Shown: piece after piece, positions 1 through 10,292 of the stretch
Position numbering within the stretch: the stretch's first letter is position 1
Layout: each line of letters begins with the position of its first letter
DNA from: Dehalococcoidales bacterium
GTDB lineage: Bacteria; Chloroflexota; Dehalococcoidia; Dehalococcoidales; RBG-16-60-22
NCBI GenBank assembly: GCA_034434915.1
Contig: DAOTYE010000021.1
Location: 1-60,706, forward strand
Direction: 5' to 3'
DNA: 60,706 nucleotides
Notes under the pieces: model-generated
Databases searched by the model: none
Seen by the model: only the letters and a program-made list of their open reading frames with translations
What the model was told of the DNA's origin: nothing
Program-made: the position numbers and the translations under genes

Positions 1-146
1 AGATGACTGACCACCTTGAGCAGGACATCAAAAGCAAGCTGGCTTCAACGAGCGTGACCATTCACGTTGAGCCGTGCGGGGAAGAATGTGAAAAGTGCCC
101 CATCGGCGATAAGAAGGGAAAACATAAGACGAAACAGCTACGCTAG
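1..146 (+). CDS. Partial CDS (3' end), cation diffusion facilitator (FieF-like) C-terminal domain, with a Cys-rich tail
   Basis: Frame starting at nt 3 reads [47 protein letters not shown]. The H..E..I......VTIHVEP pattern is typical of CDF C-termini. Not in the ORF track; overlaps the next gene's stop by 9 bp. Confidence 0.7.
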   Translation, partial: MTDHLEQDIKSKLASTSVTIHVEPCGEECEKCPIGDKKGKHKTKQLR

Positions 147-1163
147 CTTATGCACCTTCCGGATAGCTTGAAGCATGGGCGCAATATCAAATGGCGTGTG
201 TCGTTGCGGCGGCGGACCGATGGTATCGTCAATTTTCTCTTTGCCCAGAAGGACGTCAAAGGTTGCCTTCACTGATTCAGCCAGCGCCTTCAGGTTATAG
301 CCGCCCTCCAGAGTGAACACCATTTTGCCCTGGCAGAATGTTTCCGCCAGCCCTTTAACTGTGCCCACGATGGTGCTAAAGCCGGTCACCGTCATCTGCA
401 TCATGGCAAGCTCATCTGCCCAGTGGGAATCATAACCCGCCGAGACCATGATGAGCTGTGGTTTGAAGCGTTTAGCCACAGGCACGAGCACCTGCTCACA
501 GGCGAGGGCGTATTCCCTGTCACCACAGCCGGGCGGCAGGGGGATATTGACGATATTGCCCTTTTCTCCCACCTCCTCAATCACCCCCGTGCCGGGATAA
601 TGCGGGTACTGGTGGGCGGAGACATAGACCACACGCGGGTCATCATAGAAGGCTTCCTGTGTGCCATTGCCGTGGTGCACGTCAAAATCAAAAATCAGGA
701 TGCGCTGGAGTTTAGCAATATCAAGGGCATGCCTGGCGGCGATGGCGATATTATTGAAAAGGCAGAAGCCCATGGCGCGGTCGCGGGTGGCATGATGTCC
801 CGGCGGTCTCACCAAGGCAAAAACGCTGTTAAGCTTTCCTGATAGTACCGCATCAACTGCCTCAATGGCACCGCCGGCGGCGCAGAGAGCGGCATCATAG
901 GAATCAGCGGACATGAGGGTATCCATTTCAATCCACCCGCCGCCCCTCAGCGCAAACTCCTGGACATGGGTCACATGCTGGCGGTGGTGGACGCGGAGCA
1001 GTTCCTCCAGTGTCGCCGGGCGAGCCTTCACCAGAGCAAGCTCTTTCTTCAGTCCACTGGTCTCCATTAGAGAAAGGATGGCTTCCAGTCTCTTGAAGTT
1101 TTCTACATGCGTGCCGGTGTCATGCATCAGGTAGACGGGGTCATAGACGTAACCAACCTTCAT
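138..1163 (-). CDS. Histone deacetylase family (AcuC/AphA-like) amidohydrolase
   Basis: Motifs [34 protein letters not shown]. Confidence 0.95.
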   Translation of the reverse strand: MKVGYVYDPVYLMHDTGTHVENFKRLEAILSLMETSGLKKELALVKARPATLEELLRVHHRQHVTHVQEFALRGGGWIEMDTLMSADSYDAALCAAGGAIEAVDAVLSGKLNSVFALVRPPGHHATRDRAMGFCLFNNIAIAARHALDIAKLQRILIFDFDVHHGNGTQEAFYDDPRVVYVSAHQYPHYPGTGVIEEVGEKGNIVNIPLPPGCGDREYALACEQVLVPVAKRFKPQLIMVSAGYDSHWADELAMMQMTVTGFSTIVGTVKGLAETFCQGKMVFTLEGGYNLKALAESVKATFDVLLGKEKIDDTIGPPPQRHTPFDIAPMLQAIRKVHKLA

Positions 1164-1260
1164 GACTTCCTTCCCATGACCTTTCTCCGCAAGATGAAAT
1201 CTCCTTGCGATGATACCAGATATAGCCTAAAGTAAGCAATAGCGGTACCAGTTTCTTACT

Positions 1261-1286
1261 AACCTTTGCCCGTTTTCCCCGTTATA
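1261..1286 (+). promoter_or_regulatory. Putative ECF-sigma promoter (AAC-N16-CGT)
   Basis: AAC 1261-1263, 16-nt spacer, CGTTATA from 1280, upstream of the lipoprotein/DUF5666 pair. Confidence 0.4.
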
Positions 1287-1330
1287 TTAACCAGAGAAAA
1301 GGTGACACCGTGAAAAGAGAGGTAGAAATC

Positions 1331-1777
1331 ATGAAGCAGAAAAACTCCCTCGTCACAGGCGTGGTAGTGGCGCTACTTGCCGGCGCCCTTATTTTTGCGG
1401 CTGGCTGTGCGCCCCAATCTGCGCCAGCACCCGCAGTGGCGCCAGCGCCAGCTACTCCGGTGGCTTCAACACCCAGCCCAGTGTCACCGCCATCAAATCC
1501 TGTCAGCGAGAGTGAACCGGCCGAACTCACGCTCACCATCAATACGCCGGAGGACAATGCCATTGTCGCCACAAATAAGATTGCGGTGGCGGGCAATACC
1601 AGCCCGGATGCCGTGGTCAGCATCAACGAAGAAATTTTGGTGGCTGATAGCAACGGCAATTTCAGCACCACCATCACCCTGGCAGAGGGACCAAACATCA
1701 TTCAAATCATCGCGTCTGATGACGCTGGCAACACCGCTGAAGCTATGATTATCGTTACCTATGAGAAAGGAGGATAA
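1331..1777 (+). CDS. Lipoprotein with Pro/Ala/Ser linker and C-terminal bacterial Ig-like domain
   Basis: Lipobox FAAGC, PAPAVAPAPATP linker, LTINTPEDN...VAGNT.P...V.IN...F...ITL.EG.N.I.I.A.D.AGN Ig-like pattern. ATG 1331 follows GAGGT; ORF track start is 1310. Confidence 0.8.
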   Translation: MKQKNSLVTGVVVALLAGALIFAAGCAPQSAPAPAVAPAPATPVASTPSPVSPPSNPVSESEPAELTLTINTPEDNAIVATNKIAVAGNTSPDAVVSINEEILVADSNGNFSTTITLAEGPNIIQIIASDDAGNTAEAMIIVTYEKGG

Positions 1778-1780
1778 CAC

Positions 1781-2716
1781 ATGAAACGTCTGGTAATTAT
1801 TTCCGGTCTCCTGGTCTGTCTGATTCTCGGGATGGCACTGCCGGCATTCGCCGCGAGTGACTCTACCAGAGCTGAACCATCTGTCCTCTTCCAGATGGAA
1901 AAAGAAAAGAGAAAGCCGCCTGAACTCAGCCCGGTGATACCCCGGATGAAGGTCATCAAGGGTGAGGTGACCGCTGTCAGCAACATATCAATCACCATCG
2001 GCGATACGGAAGTCTTTGTGGATGAAAACACGAGGTATCACATCCCTGCCCTCAACAAGCCGACCACAGCCGCAGGTATCAAGGGAGGTACCCTTGCCGA
2101 TATACAGGTGGGGATGCTCGTCACCGCCATGGTGGTGGAAAAAGACGGCAAACCCTACGCCCGCCAGATAGTGGTGCTTCCATCAAGACCGGTGCTGAAA
2201 CATCATGTAGGCAAGGTCACAGAATACAGTTATGACCCCGCCACCGGTGGCTCAATCACTATTGAGGATAAGGACGGAGAGAGCTTTACGTTTGAAATTC
2301 TGGCGGGCAAGTTCAAGATTCTCCCGCCCGGGGCTGAGGTGAAGGTGGGCGAAACGGTAACGGTCATCAGCCGCCGTGACCCGGCTCAGAGCAAGCTCAT
2401 TGCTGATGGCGTCGTCGTACAGAAACCCATAACCACCCCCAAGCCGACACCGCGCCCCAAGATGGAGCGCGTCTCTGGTGAAATCACCGCCATTGATGAG
2501 ACGGCAAAGACCATCACCATCGGCGATAAAGTTCTCACCTATGATGCGGAGACTCTCTTTGTCCTGCGCGGCAGTCTGGCAGTAGCCGCCGGACAGAGTG
2601 CGCTCGCTTACTATGTAGAAAAGGATGGGACGCTCCTGGTGCAGAAGGTGCTCATCGGCGTTGATATCACCCGGGTGCAAGCCGCGCTAGGCAACACTGC
2701 GGGGGAAGATAACTGA
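1781..2716 (+). CDS. Secreted protein with three DUF5666-like beta-repeat domains
   Basis: Signal peptide ending AFA; three repeats starting GEVTAV, GKVTEY and GEITAID; AGGAGG RBS. Confidence 0.7.
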   Translation: MKRLVIISGLLVCLILGMALPAFAASDSTRAEPSVLFQMEKEKRKPPELSPVIPRMKVIKGEVTAVSNISITIGDTEVFVDENTRYHIPALNKPTTAAGIKGGTLADIQVGMLVTAMVVEKDGKPYARQIVVLPSRPVLKHHVGKVTEYSYDPATGGSITIEDKDGESFTFEILAGKFKILPPGAEVKVGETVTVISRRDPAQSKLIADGVVVQKPITTPKPTPRPKMERVSGEITAIDETAKTITIGDKVLTYDAETLFVLRGSLAVAAGQSALAYYVEKDGTLLVQKVLIGVDITRVQAALGNTAGEDN

Positions 2717-2746
2717 ACACGCCTGACGGCTTGACACCTGTTGCGT

Positions 2747-2784
2747 TTGCCCCTCCCCATGTAGAAGGGAGGGGCAACTTTTTT
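2747..2784 (+). terminator. Rho-independent terminator
   Basis: TTGCCCCTCCC-9 nt loop-GGGAGGGGCAA followed by CTTTTTT. Confidence 0.85.
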
Positions 2785-3397
2785 AGCTGAAGAATGGGCG
2801 CACCCCGGAAATGAAGAACCACACCCCAAACCCCACCAGCAGAAGGCTACAGGCAATAAAAACCCACTCCTGGAATTTCCGCCCCCATAGCGCGCGGGTG
2901 CGGTAAACCAGCAGGGAGACAAACGTCAGCCAGACGAGGTCACACAGCCAGTGCACCAGGGTAAAAGCAGTCAAACCCATAATGCCGAAGCCCGTGATGC
3001 GCATAATGAGCATACTGCCGATGGTCGCCCACCAGAGCAGGAAAAAGGGGTTCAGACCGCTCATCATGATGCCGGCGGTAAAAGCGCTGTAAGGCAGGTC
3101 TTTCCCCTTGGTGACCACTTCCCGCCGACTGCGGAACATGCTGATGCCCAGCCAGAGAATCATGGCACTCCCCAGCACGCTCAAAATCAGCTGGACGGTG
3201 GCGTTCTTAAAGAATGGCGCAAAGCCAAAGTAGATGAGCAAAATCAGCGGCACCTCTATCACGGCGTGCCCGAGTGAAATGTGAACCCCCGCCCACTGAG
3301 ATTTATAGCTTTTGGCGAGCGTCACGGCAAACATCGGACCGGGCATCATCACCCCGGAAAAAGATATAACAATAACGCTGAGCAAAATCGCCAGCAT
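2783..3397 (-). CDS. LysE family translocator
   Basis: SGVMMPGP, GH..IE.P and NPFFLLWW motifs; hydrophobic helices. Likely start 3397 (MLAILL); ORF track start is 3475. Confidence 0.9.
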   Translation of the reverse strand: MLAILLSVIVISFSGVMMPGPMFAVTLAKSYKSQWAGVHISLGHAVIEVPLILLIYFGFAPFFKNATVQLILSVLGSAMILWLGISMFRSRREVVTKGKDLPYSAFTAGIMMSGLNPFFLLWWATIGSMLIMRITGFGIMGLTAFTLVHWLCDLVWLTFVSLLVYRTRALWGRKFQEWVFIACSLLLVGFGVWFFISGVRPFFS

Positions 3398-3580
3398 AAA
3401 GACTAGCATAGCACAGGTCAGCCAAAAGATGTAATTCAAACGAGCGGATAGCCTCACTTTAGGATAGCCGAGCATAACTTCTTTTTACTCCCACTTAAGT
3501 CCTATTGCCACATTGGCGAGAATTGCAGTGGATTTGCCTATAGCACTCCTGTTTGACAACACAGGCACAGATACTGTGTA

Positions 3581-4897
3581 ATGACTATAGAATTTTCAGC
3601 GTCATTTATTAATAAGATGCCAGTGCCAAAAGAAGGTTGCATACCTGACGATCAGCGAGTGGTAGTCACGGGCATGGGCGTGGTCTGCCCGGTTGGGAAC
3701 AGCATAGATGATATGTGGCAGGCGCTCATCGCCGGACGGTCAGGCATTGACTATATCTCAAGTTTTGACGCCGCACCTTTTGACGCCAAATTCGCCGGTG
3801 AGGTAAAAGGGTTTGATGTTAGCCAGTATGTCGGGCGGAAACAGGCACGTCACATGGACCGGTTCACCCAGTTCGCCGCGGCCGCCAGCCTTCAGGCGAT
3901 GGAGTCAGCCAGGCTAACCATCAAGCCAGAGAACGCTGAAGAAGCCGGGGTCATCATTGGCAACAGCGTCTGCGGGCTCCTCTCCGTCAGCGAGCAATTA
4001 AGAATTCTGAATGAAAAAGGACCGGGACGGGTCAGCCCTGTCCTGGCGCCCACCATGACCGGAGATGCCGCCTCAGTCCAGGTCTCACTGCTCCTGGGAA
4101 CTAAAGGGGTAAACTATGCCCCCTCATCAGCATGTTCCAGCGGCAGTGACGCCATCGGTCAGGGCTATGAGCTAATCCGCTGGGGCAATGCCAAAATCGT
4201 GGTCGCCGGTGGCACTGAAGCGCCGGTAATACCACTGGTGCTGGCTGCCTTCTGCGCCATACGGGCGCTGTCAACAAGAAACGGCAATCCCCAGGAAGCG
4301 TGCCGTCCCTTTGATGCGGAGCGGGACGGCTTTGTGCTCAGTGAAGGCGCCGCAGTAATGGTTCTTGAAGACGCGGTACATGCCCTTGAGCGCGGCGCTC
4401 CCATCCTGGCGGAGCTTGTCAGCTACGGAGCTTCCAGCGATGCGTTTCATCTCACCCAGCCCTCACCTGATGGCAAAGGAGCGATGAACGCCGTGGAGAT
4501 GGCTTTGAAGAAAGCCGCTATCCGCCATGATGAGATTGACTATATCCAGGCGCACGGCACTGCCACTCTGCTCAACGACCGCACTGAGACTGCAGTCATC
4601 AAGAAAGTCTTCAAGGAAAAAGCCAGAACAATTCCCATTTCGGCAAGCAAATCCATGCTGGGACACCTTCTGGGGGCGGCGGGAAGCATCGGGGCGGTCA
4701 TCACCGTTCTGGCGCTGAAAAACGGTATCGTGCCGCCGACCATTAACCTCACCCACCCCGACCCCGAGTGCGACCTGGATTACGTTCCGCATCAGGCAAG
4801 AAAAGTCCAAATCAAGACCGCCATGTGCAACTCTTTCGGCTTTGGCGGGCACAACTCCGTGCTTATCTTCCGTCAGTTCCGGAAGGGCTCATTGTAG
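3581..4897 (+). CDS. fabF: Beta-ketoacyl-ACP synthase II
   Basis: RVVVTGMG, SSAC (catalytic Cys), AHGTAT, KSMLGHLLGAAG, NSFGFGGHN. Confidence 0.93.
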   Translation: MTIEFSASFINKMPVPKEGCIPDDQRVVVTGMGVVCPVGNSIDDMWQALIAGRSGIDYISSFDAAPFDAKFAGEVKGFDVSQYVGRKQARHMDRFTQFAAAASLQAMESARLTIKPENAEEAGVIIGNSVCGLLSVSEQLRILNEKGPGRVSPVLAPTMTGDAASVQVSLLLGTKGVNYAPSSACSSGSDAIGQGYELIRWGNAKIVVAGGTEAPVIPLVLAAFCAIRALSTRNGNPQEACRPFDAERDGFVLSEGAAVMVLEDAVHALERGAPILAELVSYGASSDAFHLTQPSPDGKGAMNAVEMALKKAAIRHDEIDYIQAHGTATLLNDRTETAVIKKVFKEKARTIPISASKSMLGHLLGAAGSIGAVITVLALKNGIVPPTINLTHPDPECDLDYVPHQARKVQIKTAMCNSFGFGGHNSVLIFRQFRKGSL

Positions 4898-5682
4898 CGC
4901 CGGCGGTACGCTGAAGCAGCGACAACCACCTCTACAGGAATGCCGGCGGCTCTCTCTGTCTTCCGGGCAATCTCTTTCAGCTTCTCTTCCGGCACCTCAA
5001 TCAGTGAAGTTTCCGCAGGAGGGCGGTGGAGAGAGTAAATCTGCGCTTTGATGGGGCGTATTTCCTTCACCCGCTCAATCCAGTCGCTTATCTCTTTTTC
5101 ACCGATGTTCTGAATCCTTCCGTCAACGAACATCGTCTGGAGGGTTACGTTTTCCAGCTTCTTCAACCCCTCCACCAGCGCCCGGTAGTCCACTCCGGCA
5201 TGGCAGACATTGATGCGCCGGAACACCTGCTCATTGCCGGCATCCAGCTTCATGATGCGGAAGTCCAGCTTCGCCAGCGCTTTCCGCACTGCCTCCAGAT
5301 GCACCATTGAAGAGTTTGAAAGGATGCCCAGCCTGGCTTGAGGAAAATACTTCTTCTGCAGTTCGCGGGCAATGTCCACCATCTCAGCAAACTCTGGATG
5401 GAGGGTGGCTTCACCGTTGCCGGAGAAGGTGATATGGTCAATCTCCCGGCTTCTTTTCAGCGCCGCCTCAAGCGCTTCCCTGAACTCTCCCGGCGCGGGC
5501 ACATCTTTAAGTTGCGGGGTGATATCATCCGTGATGACATCCGTCCAGCCGTACTGGCAGTAAACGCAGTTGAATGAGCAGAGCTTATATGTCACCGGCA
5601 TGATATTGAGACCGAGCGACCAGCCCAGACGGCGTGTTCTCACCGGACCATAAATGATTTCAGATTGAAGTGGAATGGGCAC
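4873..5682 (-). CDS. Radical SAM protein (COG0731-like)
   Basis: YGPV..RRLG.SLG, CSFNCVYC (CxxxCxxC), ITFSGNGEATL; GTG start abuts the upstream stop. Confidence 0.9.
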   Translation of the reverse strand: MPIPLQSEIIYGPVRTRRLGWSLGLNIMPVTYKLCSFNCVYCQYGWTDVITDDITPQLKDVPAPGEFREALEAALKRSREIDHITFSGNGEATLHPEFAEMVDIARELQKKYFPQARLGILSNSSMVHLEAVRKALAKLDFRIMKLDAGNEQVFRRINVCHAGVDYRALVEGLKKLENVTLQTMFVDGRIQNIGEKEISDWIERVKEIRPIKAQIYSLHRPPAETSLIEVPEEKLKEIARKTERAAGIPVEVVVAASAYRRRYNEPFRN

Positions 5683-6381
5683 CTAGTGTACCTCTTCACC
5701 CTTCTGATACTTAGCCGCCAGCGCCGCGTCATAGCGCGCTCTCCTGCCGATACAGTGCTCCCGCTGGCAGAGCTGACAGCTCTCAAACTTTACCTCGGTA
5801 GGGAAAAAGAGACCGGAGACTGACTTGATGGGCACCATGAGGCAGTTTTCTGTTAACCTGACGCCGATTAGCTTCTCCACATCGCCGAAGAGAGAGAAAA
5901 GAAGTCTCTGCTGGGTAAGCGGCCAGTCATCAATTGAGCCTGAGCCCGGCGCCATGCGGGACATTTGTCCCAGGGCATATCTCCTGGTCAGGTAATCCGT
6001 CAGGTAGGCAACGGCGTTGCGCACCGCCATCTCTTTGATGGCATCCAGGCAATAGACCTTGATGAGGTCCTCTGCGGGGACGGTTACCGCGTCCAGCTCC
6101 CGCCCGCAGGTAGCCACGTAAGGGAAGACCCTCTCCACCTTGTCCAGGTTGACGCGCAGGACACGGCTGGTGAAGGTGACACCGTCAATGACGATAGAGT
6201 CCTCTTTCTTACAATCAATGAAGGCGACCTTGTACACGGCTTTGGGCTTTGCCACCGGGCGCACCATGTCAATAAGCTCCTGTAGCGTCTCCACAAAACG
6301 TTTATTCTCCCGGGTGGCGCGCATCCTCTTCAGTATGGCGTCAATGTCCGGATTAAACGGTATGTTGTTAAGTATTTCCAT
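5683..6381 (-). CDS. Stand-alone B12-dependent methionine synthase reactivation-domain protein
   Basis: PYVATCG, R.APG.....W, IGV.LTENCLM.P.KSVSG and terminal CQLC.R..C..RRA pattern; lies within a corrinoid cluster. Confidence 0.8.
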   Translation of the reverse strand: MEILNNIPFNPDIDAILKRMRATRENKRFVETLQELIDMVRPVAKPKAVYKVAFIDCKKEDSIVIDGVTFTSRVLRVNLDKVERVFPYVATCGRELDAVTVPAEDLIKVYCLDAIKEMAVRNAVAYLTDYLTRRYALGQMSRMAPGSGSIDDWPLTQQRLLFSLFGDVEKLIGVRLTENCLMVPIKSVSGLFFPTEVKFESCQLCQREHCIGRRARYDAALAAKYQKGEEVH

Positions 6382-6416
6382 TGTCAGCCTACCGCCGCAT
6401 TGTCACTGTAAATCAA

Positions 6417-7271
6417 CTATTTCTGTTGCTGTTTCTGCCGCTGGCGGAAGTCCTCAATGAAGCGCATGGCATACATATCCCGCCCCAGGACAAGGTCAGC
6501 CGCTCTTATGATTGGACGCACCTTTGCCACATCAATGATGGGACAGTTCACTCCGGCGGCAATGACGATTGCCAGAAAGACGCCGTTAATCAGTCCGCGG
6601 TCCGGCAGACCGAAGGAGACATTGCTGACCCCCAGCGTCTGGTTCACCCCCAGCTCTTCTTTCACCTTCATAATGGCATTGATGGTGACGCTCCCCGCCC
6701 GGTTATCCGCACCCACCGTCATGGCGAGACAGTCAATGATGATGTCTTCACGGGGAATGCCCACCTTCTCCGCCTCAGCGACTATCTTTTTAGCAATCTC
6801 CACCCGCCTCTTGTAGTCGGTGGGAATACCGGTATCATCCATCGCAAGCCCAATCACTGCTGTCTTATACTCCTTGACCAGAGGCAAAACTTCTTTAAGC
6901 AGATGCTCCTGACCGGTCACTGAGCTCACCAGCGCTTTGCCTTTGTACACCTTGAGCGCCGCTTCCAGGGCTTTGGGGTTGGAGCTATCAAGGCACAGGG
7001 GCAAGTCCACTGCTTCTGCCACCACTTTGACTGCTTCCGGGAGCAGGGCTACCTCATCAACATTGGCACTGCCCACGTTGACATCAAGGACGTCTGCCCC
7101 GGCCTGTGCCTGAGCGATAGCCTCCTGCCGCACGATGTCCAGATTGCCCGCCTGCAGTGCCGCGGCAAGCTTGGGTTTGCCCGTGGGATTTATCCTCTCT
7201 CCGATGAGTACCGTGGGCAATTTGTCACTTATTATTACCTCTTTTTTGGCGCTGGAAATCTTCGTTTCCAT
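6417..7271 (-). CDS. Pterin-binding methyltetrahydrofolate:corrinoid methyltransferase (AcsE / MetH folate domain-like)
   Basis: LIGERINPTG, GADVLDVN, PLCLDSS, GVSNVSFGLP.R. Confidence 0.88.
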   Translation of the reverse strand: METKISSAKKEVIISDKLPTVLIGERINPTGKPKLAAALQAGNLDIVRQEAIAQAQAGADVLDVNVGSANVDEVALLPEAVKVVAEAVDLPLCLDSSNPKALEAALKVYKGKALVSSVTGQEHLLKEVLPLVKEYKTAVIGLAMDDTGIPTDYKRRVEIAKKIVAEAEKVGIPREDIIIDCLAMTVGADNRAGSVTINAIMKVKEELGVNQTLGVSNVSFGLPDRGLINGVFLAIVIAAGVNCPIIDVAKVRPIIRAADLVLGRDMYAMRFIEDFRQRQKQQQK

Positions 7272-9104
7272 CTATGAACCTCCTTTACTTTCACGCCCGA
7301 GATATATTGCCTCAACAAATGTGTTCATAAATGCCGGAACTGCGGCGAGCTCAATGTAATCCACCCGGTCCGCTATCTCCTGCGCTTCCATTCTTTTCTT
7401 GCACGATATCAGGGCAAGCCTGGCACCGGTGCCGGCGGCATTCCCGATTTGCCGGAACTTCTTCAGCGGTAAATCAGGTAACATGCCGATGGTGATGGCG
7501 CTTGACATGTCAATGTAACTGCCGAACGCCCCGGCAATGATAATCTGCTCTATTTCCTGCTCTTTGAGATTCTTTGCCTCCAGGAGCAGTTTGATGCCGG
7601 TGTAAATGGCGCCCTTTGCCAGTTGTAGTTCGCGGATATCCATCTGGCTGACAGTGACCGCTTTGCCGCCGTCTCTTTCTGCCTCACTCACGATGACAAA
7701 CTCTTTTTTCCCTTTTGCCGTATGCACCCGCGGGTGCCTGTCCTCAATACGCCCTGTTCTGTCCACAATCCCCGCCCGGTACATCTGCGCCACGGCGTCA
7801 AGGATGCCTGACCCGCACAGGCCGACGGGAGGAGCGCTGTCAATCGTCTTGTATTCCAGCTTCTCGCCGACAAGTCGCAGGCGCTCAATGGCGCCGCTGG
7901 CGGCGCGCATGCCGCATTGAATATGAGCGCCTTCAAACGCCGGACCGGAGGCACAGGAAACGCTCGTCATCTCGCCATCGCTGATGAGGCAGACCTCAGT
8001 ATTCGTGCCAATGTCAATATAAAGGACTGTTCCCTTTACTCTCAGGGCATCAATCGCCAGCAGACCGGCGACCAGGTCAGCGCCGACAAACCCGGCGATA
8101 TTGGGCAACAGGTGCACATAAGCACCGGGGGCAATGGTTAAACCTACCTCGTGCGCTTTGATGTCCAGCGCCCTGCTCACTGCAGGCACATAAGGAGCAA
8201 GCCCAAGCTGTGCCACCGGCAGTCTGGCGAAGAGGTGGTGCATCGCCGTGTTGCCGACGACGACCGCCTCAACCACTTCTTCAGTTTTGGCTCCTGCCCG
8301 ACTGCAGAGGTCAATGACAATCTGGTTCAGGGCGGTGACCACCAGCTCCTGCATTTTGGCGGCTTCCGCCGACGAGCTTTTTGCCCTGCCGATGCGGGTA
8401 ATCACGTCCTCACCATAGCTCACCTGCGGGTTCATGATGCCGGCTGAGGCGAGCGTCCGGCCATCGGTCAAATCAACGAGGTAGCCTGCGATTTTGGTCG
8501 TCCCCACATCCACCGCCAGCCCCAGGTGACGGCTTTCCACGGAGTTCAGGGCAATCACTTCACCATCATGGACAAAGGCTTTTACCTGCCACTTAAGCGT
8601 CCTCAGCCGGGCGGAGAAATCTTGCAACACGCGGGTATCAATTTGCGCGCACTGCACCTTATGCTGTTCTTCCAGCGCCGTCAACAGCCGTTCATCATCA
8701 GCACGCAAGTCAGTGAGAGACGCCGGAGCCAGCGTAACCGCATAGGCGCGCACGCAGGGCTCAGGGGTGACCGTCACCGTCATGCCCTCCACCTGGGTCC
8801 TCTGCTGGGCAGTGATGGATTCCGGGGGCACGCGGATTTTACAATCGCTCTGCGGGTATGCCTGACAGGCAAGACGGTAGCCTTGCTCAAGCTCCTCAGC
8901 GGAGAAAACGTCTTTTTCAGCTGACGTCAGCGCTGACAACTCACCACCTATCATCTGGACCCGGCAACCGCCACACGTCCCGGCACCGCCACACAGGTTC
9001 ACCAGGTCTACGCCCAGCTGGCGCGCGCAATCAAGGAGTGACTTACCTGCCGGGCAGTCTCCCCGCCGACCAATCGGCTCAAAATCTATGTGGTATGTCT
9101 TCAT
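7272..9104 (-). CDS. ASKHA-domain reductive activator of corrinoid proteins (RACo/RamA-like) with N-terminal [2Fe-2S] ferredoxin
   Basis: CGGAGTCGGC...RLACQ; DVGTT, GNTAM, FVGAD, DIGTN, GPAFEG, AGAFG, GNAA. Likely start 9104 (MKTYHIDF); ORF track start is 9212. Confidence 0.92.
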   Translation of the reverse strand: MKTYHIDFEPIGRRGDCPAGKSLLDCARQLGVDLVNLCGGAGTCGGCRVQMIGGELSALTSAEKDVFSAEELEQGYRLACQAYPQSDCKIRVPPESITAQQRTQVEGMTVTVTPEPCVRAYAVTLAPASLTDLRADDERLLTALEEQHKVQCAQIDTRVLQDFSARLRTLKWQVKAFVHDGEVIALNSVESRHLGLAVDVGTTKIAGYLVDLTDGRTLASAGIMNPQVSYGEDVITRIGRAKSSSAEAAKMQELVVTALNQIVIDLCSRAGAKTEEVVEAVVVGNTAMHHLFARLPVAQLGLAPYVPAVSRALDIKAHEVGLTIAPGAYVHLLPNIAGFVGADLVAGLLAIDALRVKGTVLYIDIGTNTEVCLISDGEMTSVSCASGPAFEGAHIQCGMRAASGAIERLRLVGEKLEYKTIDSAPPVGLCGSGILDAVAQMYRAGIVDRTGRIEDRHPRVHTAKGKKEFVIVSEAERDGGKAVTVSQMDIRELQLAKGAIYTGIKLLLEAKNLKEQEIEQIIIAGAFGSYIDMSSAITIGMLPDLPLKKFRQIGNAAGTGARLALISCKKRMEAQEIADRVDYIELAAVPAFMNTFVEAIYLGRESKGGS

Positions 9105-9126
9105 AAATGTTTTATGCTCACGAAAG

Positions 9127-10185
9127 TTAGATTGGGTCTCGCATCTGCCCCCACTTCTCCATGTACTTCTGCTTCGCTTCAGGGTTGACGAGCGATTTAG
9201 GAAATTCACCATTCATCACCCGCCTGATTTCTTCCACCGGGCGGTGCCAGCGCTCCGCCTCAGCTTTGGGCGAAAAAAAGGCGGAGTGAGCGGTGATGAT
9301 GACATTTTCCAGAGAGAGGAGCGGGTTCTGCAGTCCCGGTGGCTCGGGGTCAGTAACATCCAGCGCCGCCATGGCGATTTTTCCCTCTTTCAGCGCACGG
9401 TAGAGCGCCGCCTCATCCACCAGTCCGCCGCGGGCGGTGTTAATCACGCAGGCGTTCCGCTTCATCTTGCTGAAGGCAACTTCATTCAGGATTTTCTTTG
9501 TCTCCGGCGTCAGCGCCGAGTGAACTGAAATAAAATCTGCCTCTTTGAGAAGAGTATCAAAATCTACCAGTTCCACCCCCATCTTCTCTGCGGTCTCCTG
9601 TGACGCATACGGGTCGTAGGCAATCACTCTGAGCTGAAAGCCTTTCGCTTTGGGGGTGATAGCCCGGCTCACTTTGCCGAAGCCAATCAAGCCCAGTGTC
9701 TGCCCCTGAAGCCGGGACATCCCGGGCCAGATGCGCGTCTGAATTTCAATGCCGTCAGCGGAGAGCCCCCACTGCCCTTTCTTGGCGGCAGTATTAAGCG
9801 CCACAATTTTCCTGGCGCAGGCAAGTAGCAATGCCATGGCATGGTCAGACACCTCTTCCACACAGTAGTCCGGCACATTGGTGACCAGGATGCCTTTCTC
9901 CGTCGCCGCGGCGATGTCAATGCTGTCATAGCCAATCTGGGTATTGCAGATGATGCGGCATTTCCGCAGTGCTTCTATTACTTTACGCGGCACCGGGCGG
10001 ATACTGCCCACCGTGACAATAGCGTCCGCATCCTTTGCCAGGGCAATGAACTCGTCATCATTCTGACACAGCTTGCTGGTGAAGTCAGCGCCCAGTTTCC
10101 TGAATTTGTCGGGGTAAAGCTCTGACTCGCCACTCAAGGCTAGCGGCAAAACTACCTTGAATCTGTTTTGCTCCTTTGTCCTCAT
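9127..10185 (-). CDS. D-isomer-specific 2-hydroxyacid dehydrogenase (CtBP/SerA-like)
   Basis: GYD.ID, NVPDYC..EVSDHA, GLIGFG, INTARG, LDV..PEP, ITAHSAF. Confidence 0.92.
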   Translation of the reverse strand: MRTKEQNRFKVVLPLALSGESELYPDKFRKLGADFTSKLCQNDDEFIALAKDADAIVTVGSIRPVPRKVIEALRKCRIICNTQIGYDSIDIAAATEKGILVTNVPDYCVEEVSDHAMALLLACARKIVALNTAAKKGQWGLSADGIEIQTRIWPGMSRLQGQTLGLIGFGKVSRAITPKAKGFQLRVIAYDPYASQETAEKMGVELVDFDTLLKEADFISVHSALTPETKKILNEVAFSKMKRNACVINTARGGLVDEAALYRALKEGKIAMAALDVTDPEPPGLQNPLLSLENVIITAHSAFFSPKAEAERWHRPVEEIRRVMNGEFPKSLVNPEAKQKYMEKWGQMRDPI

Positions 10186-10248
10186 ACTCCTTCGCTTTTC
10201 GGGATGCTGAATCGCGCTACTTGCGCAAATTTACTAATGATTATAACA

Positions 10249-10269
10249 TATGAAGTTGGTTACTTCATA
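10249..10269. promoter_or_regulatory. Palindromic operator candidate between divergent operons
   Basis: TATGAAGT-TGGTT-ACTTCATA, a perfect 8-bp inverted repeat. Confidence 0.55.
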
Positions 10270-10292
10270 AGCCCAGAGGAGAGAACAGACAG

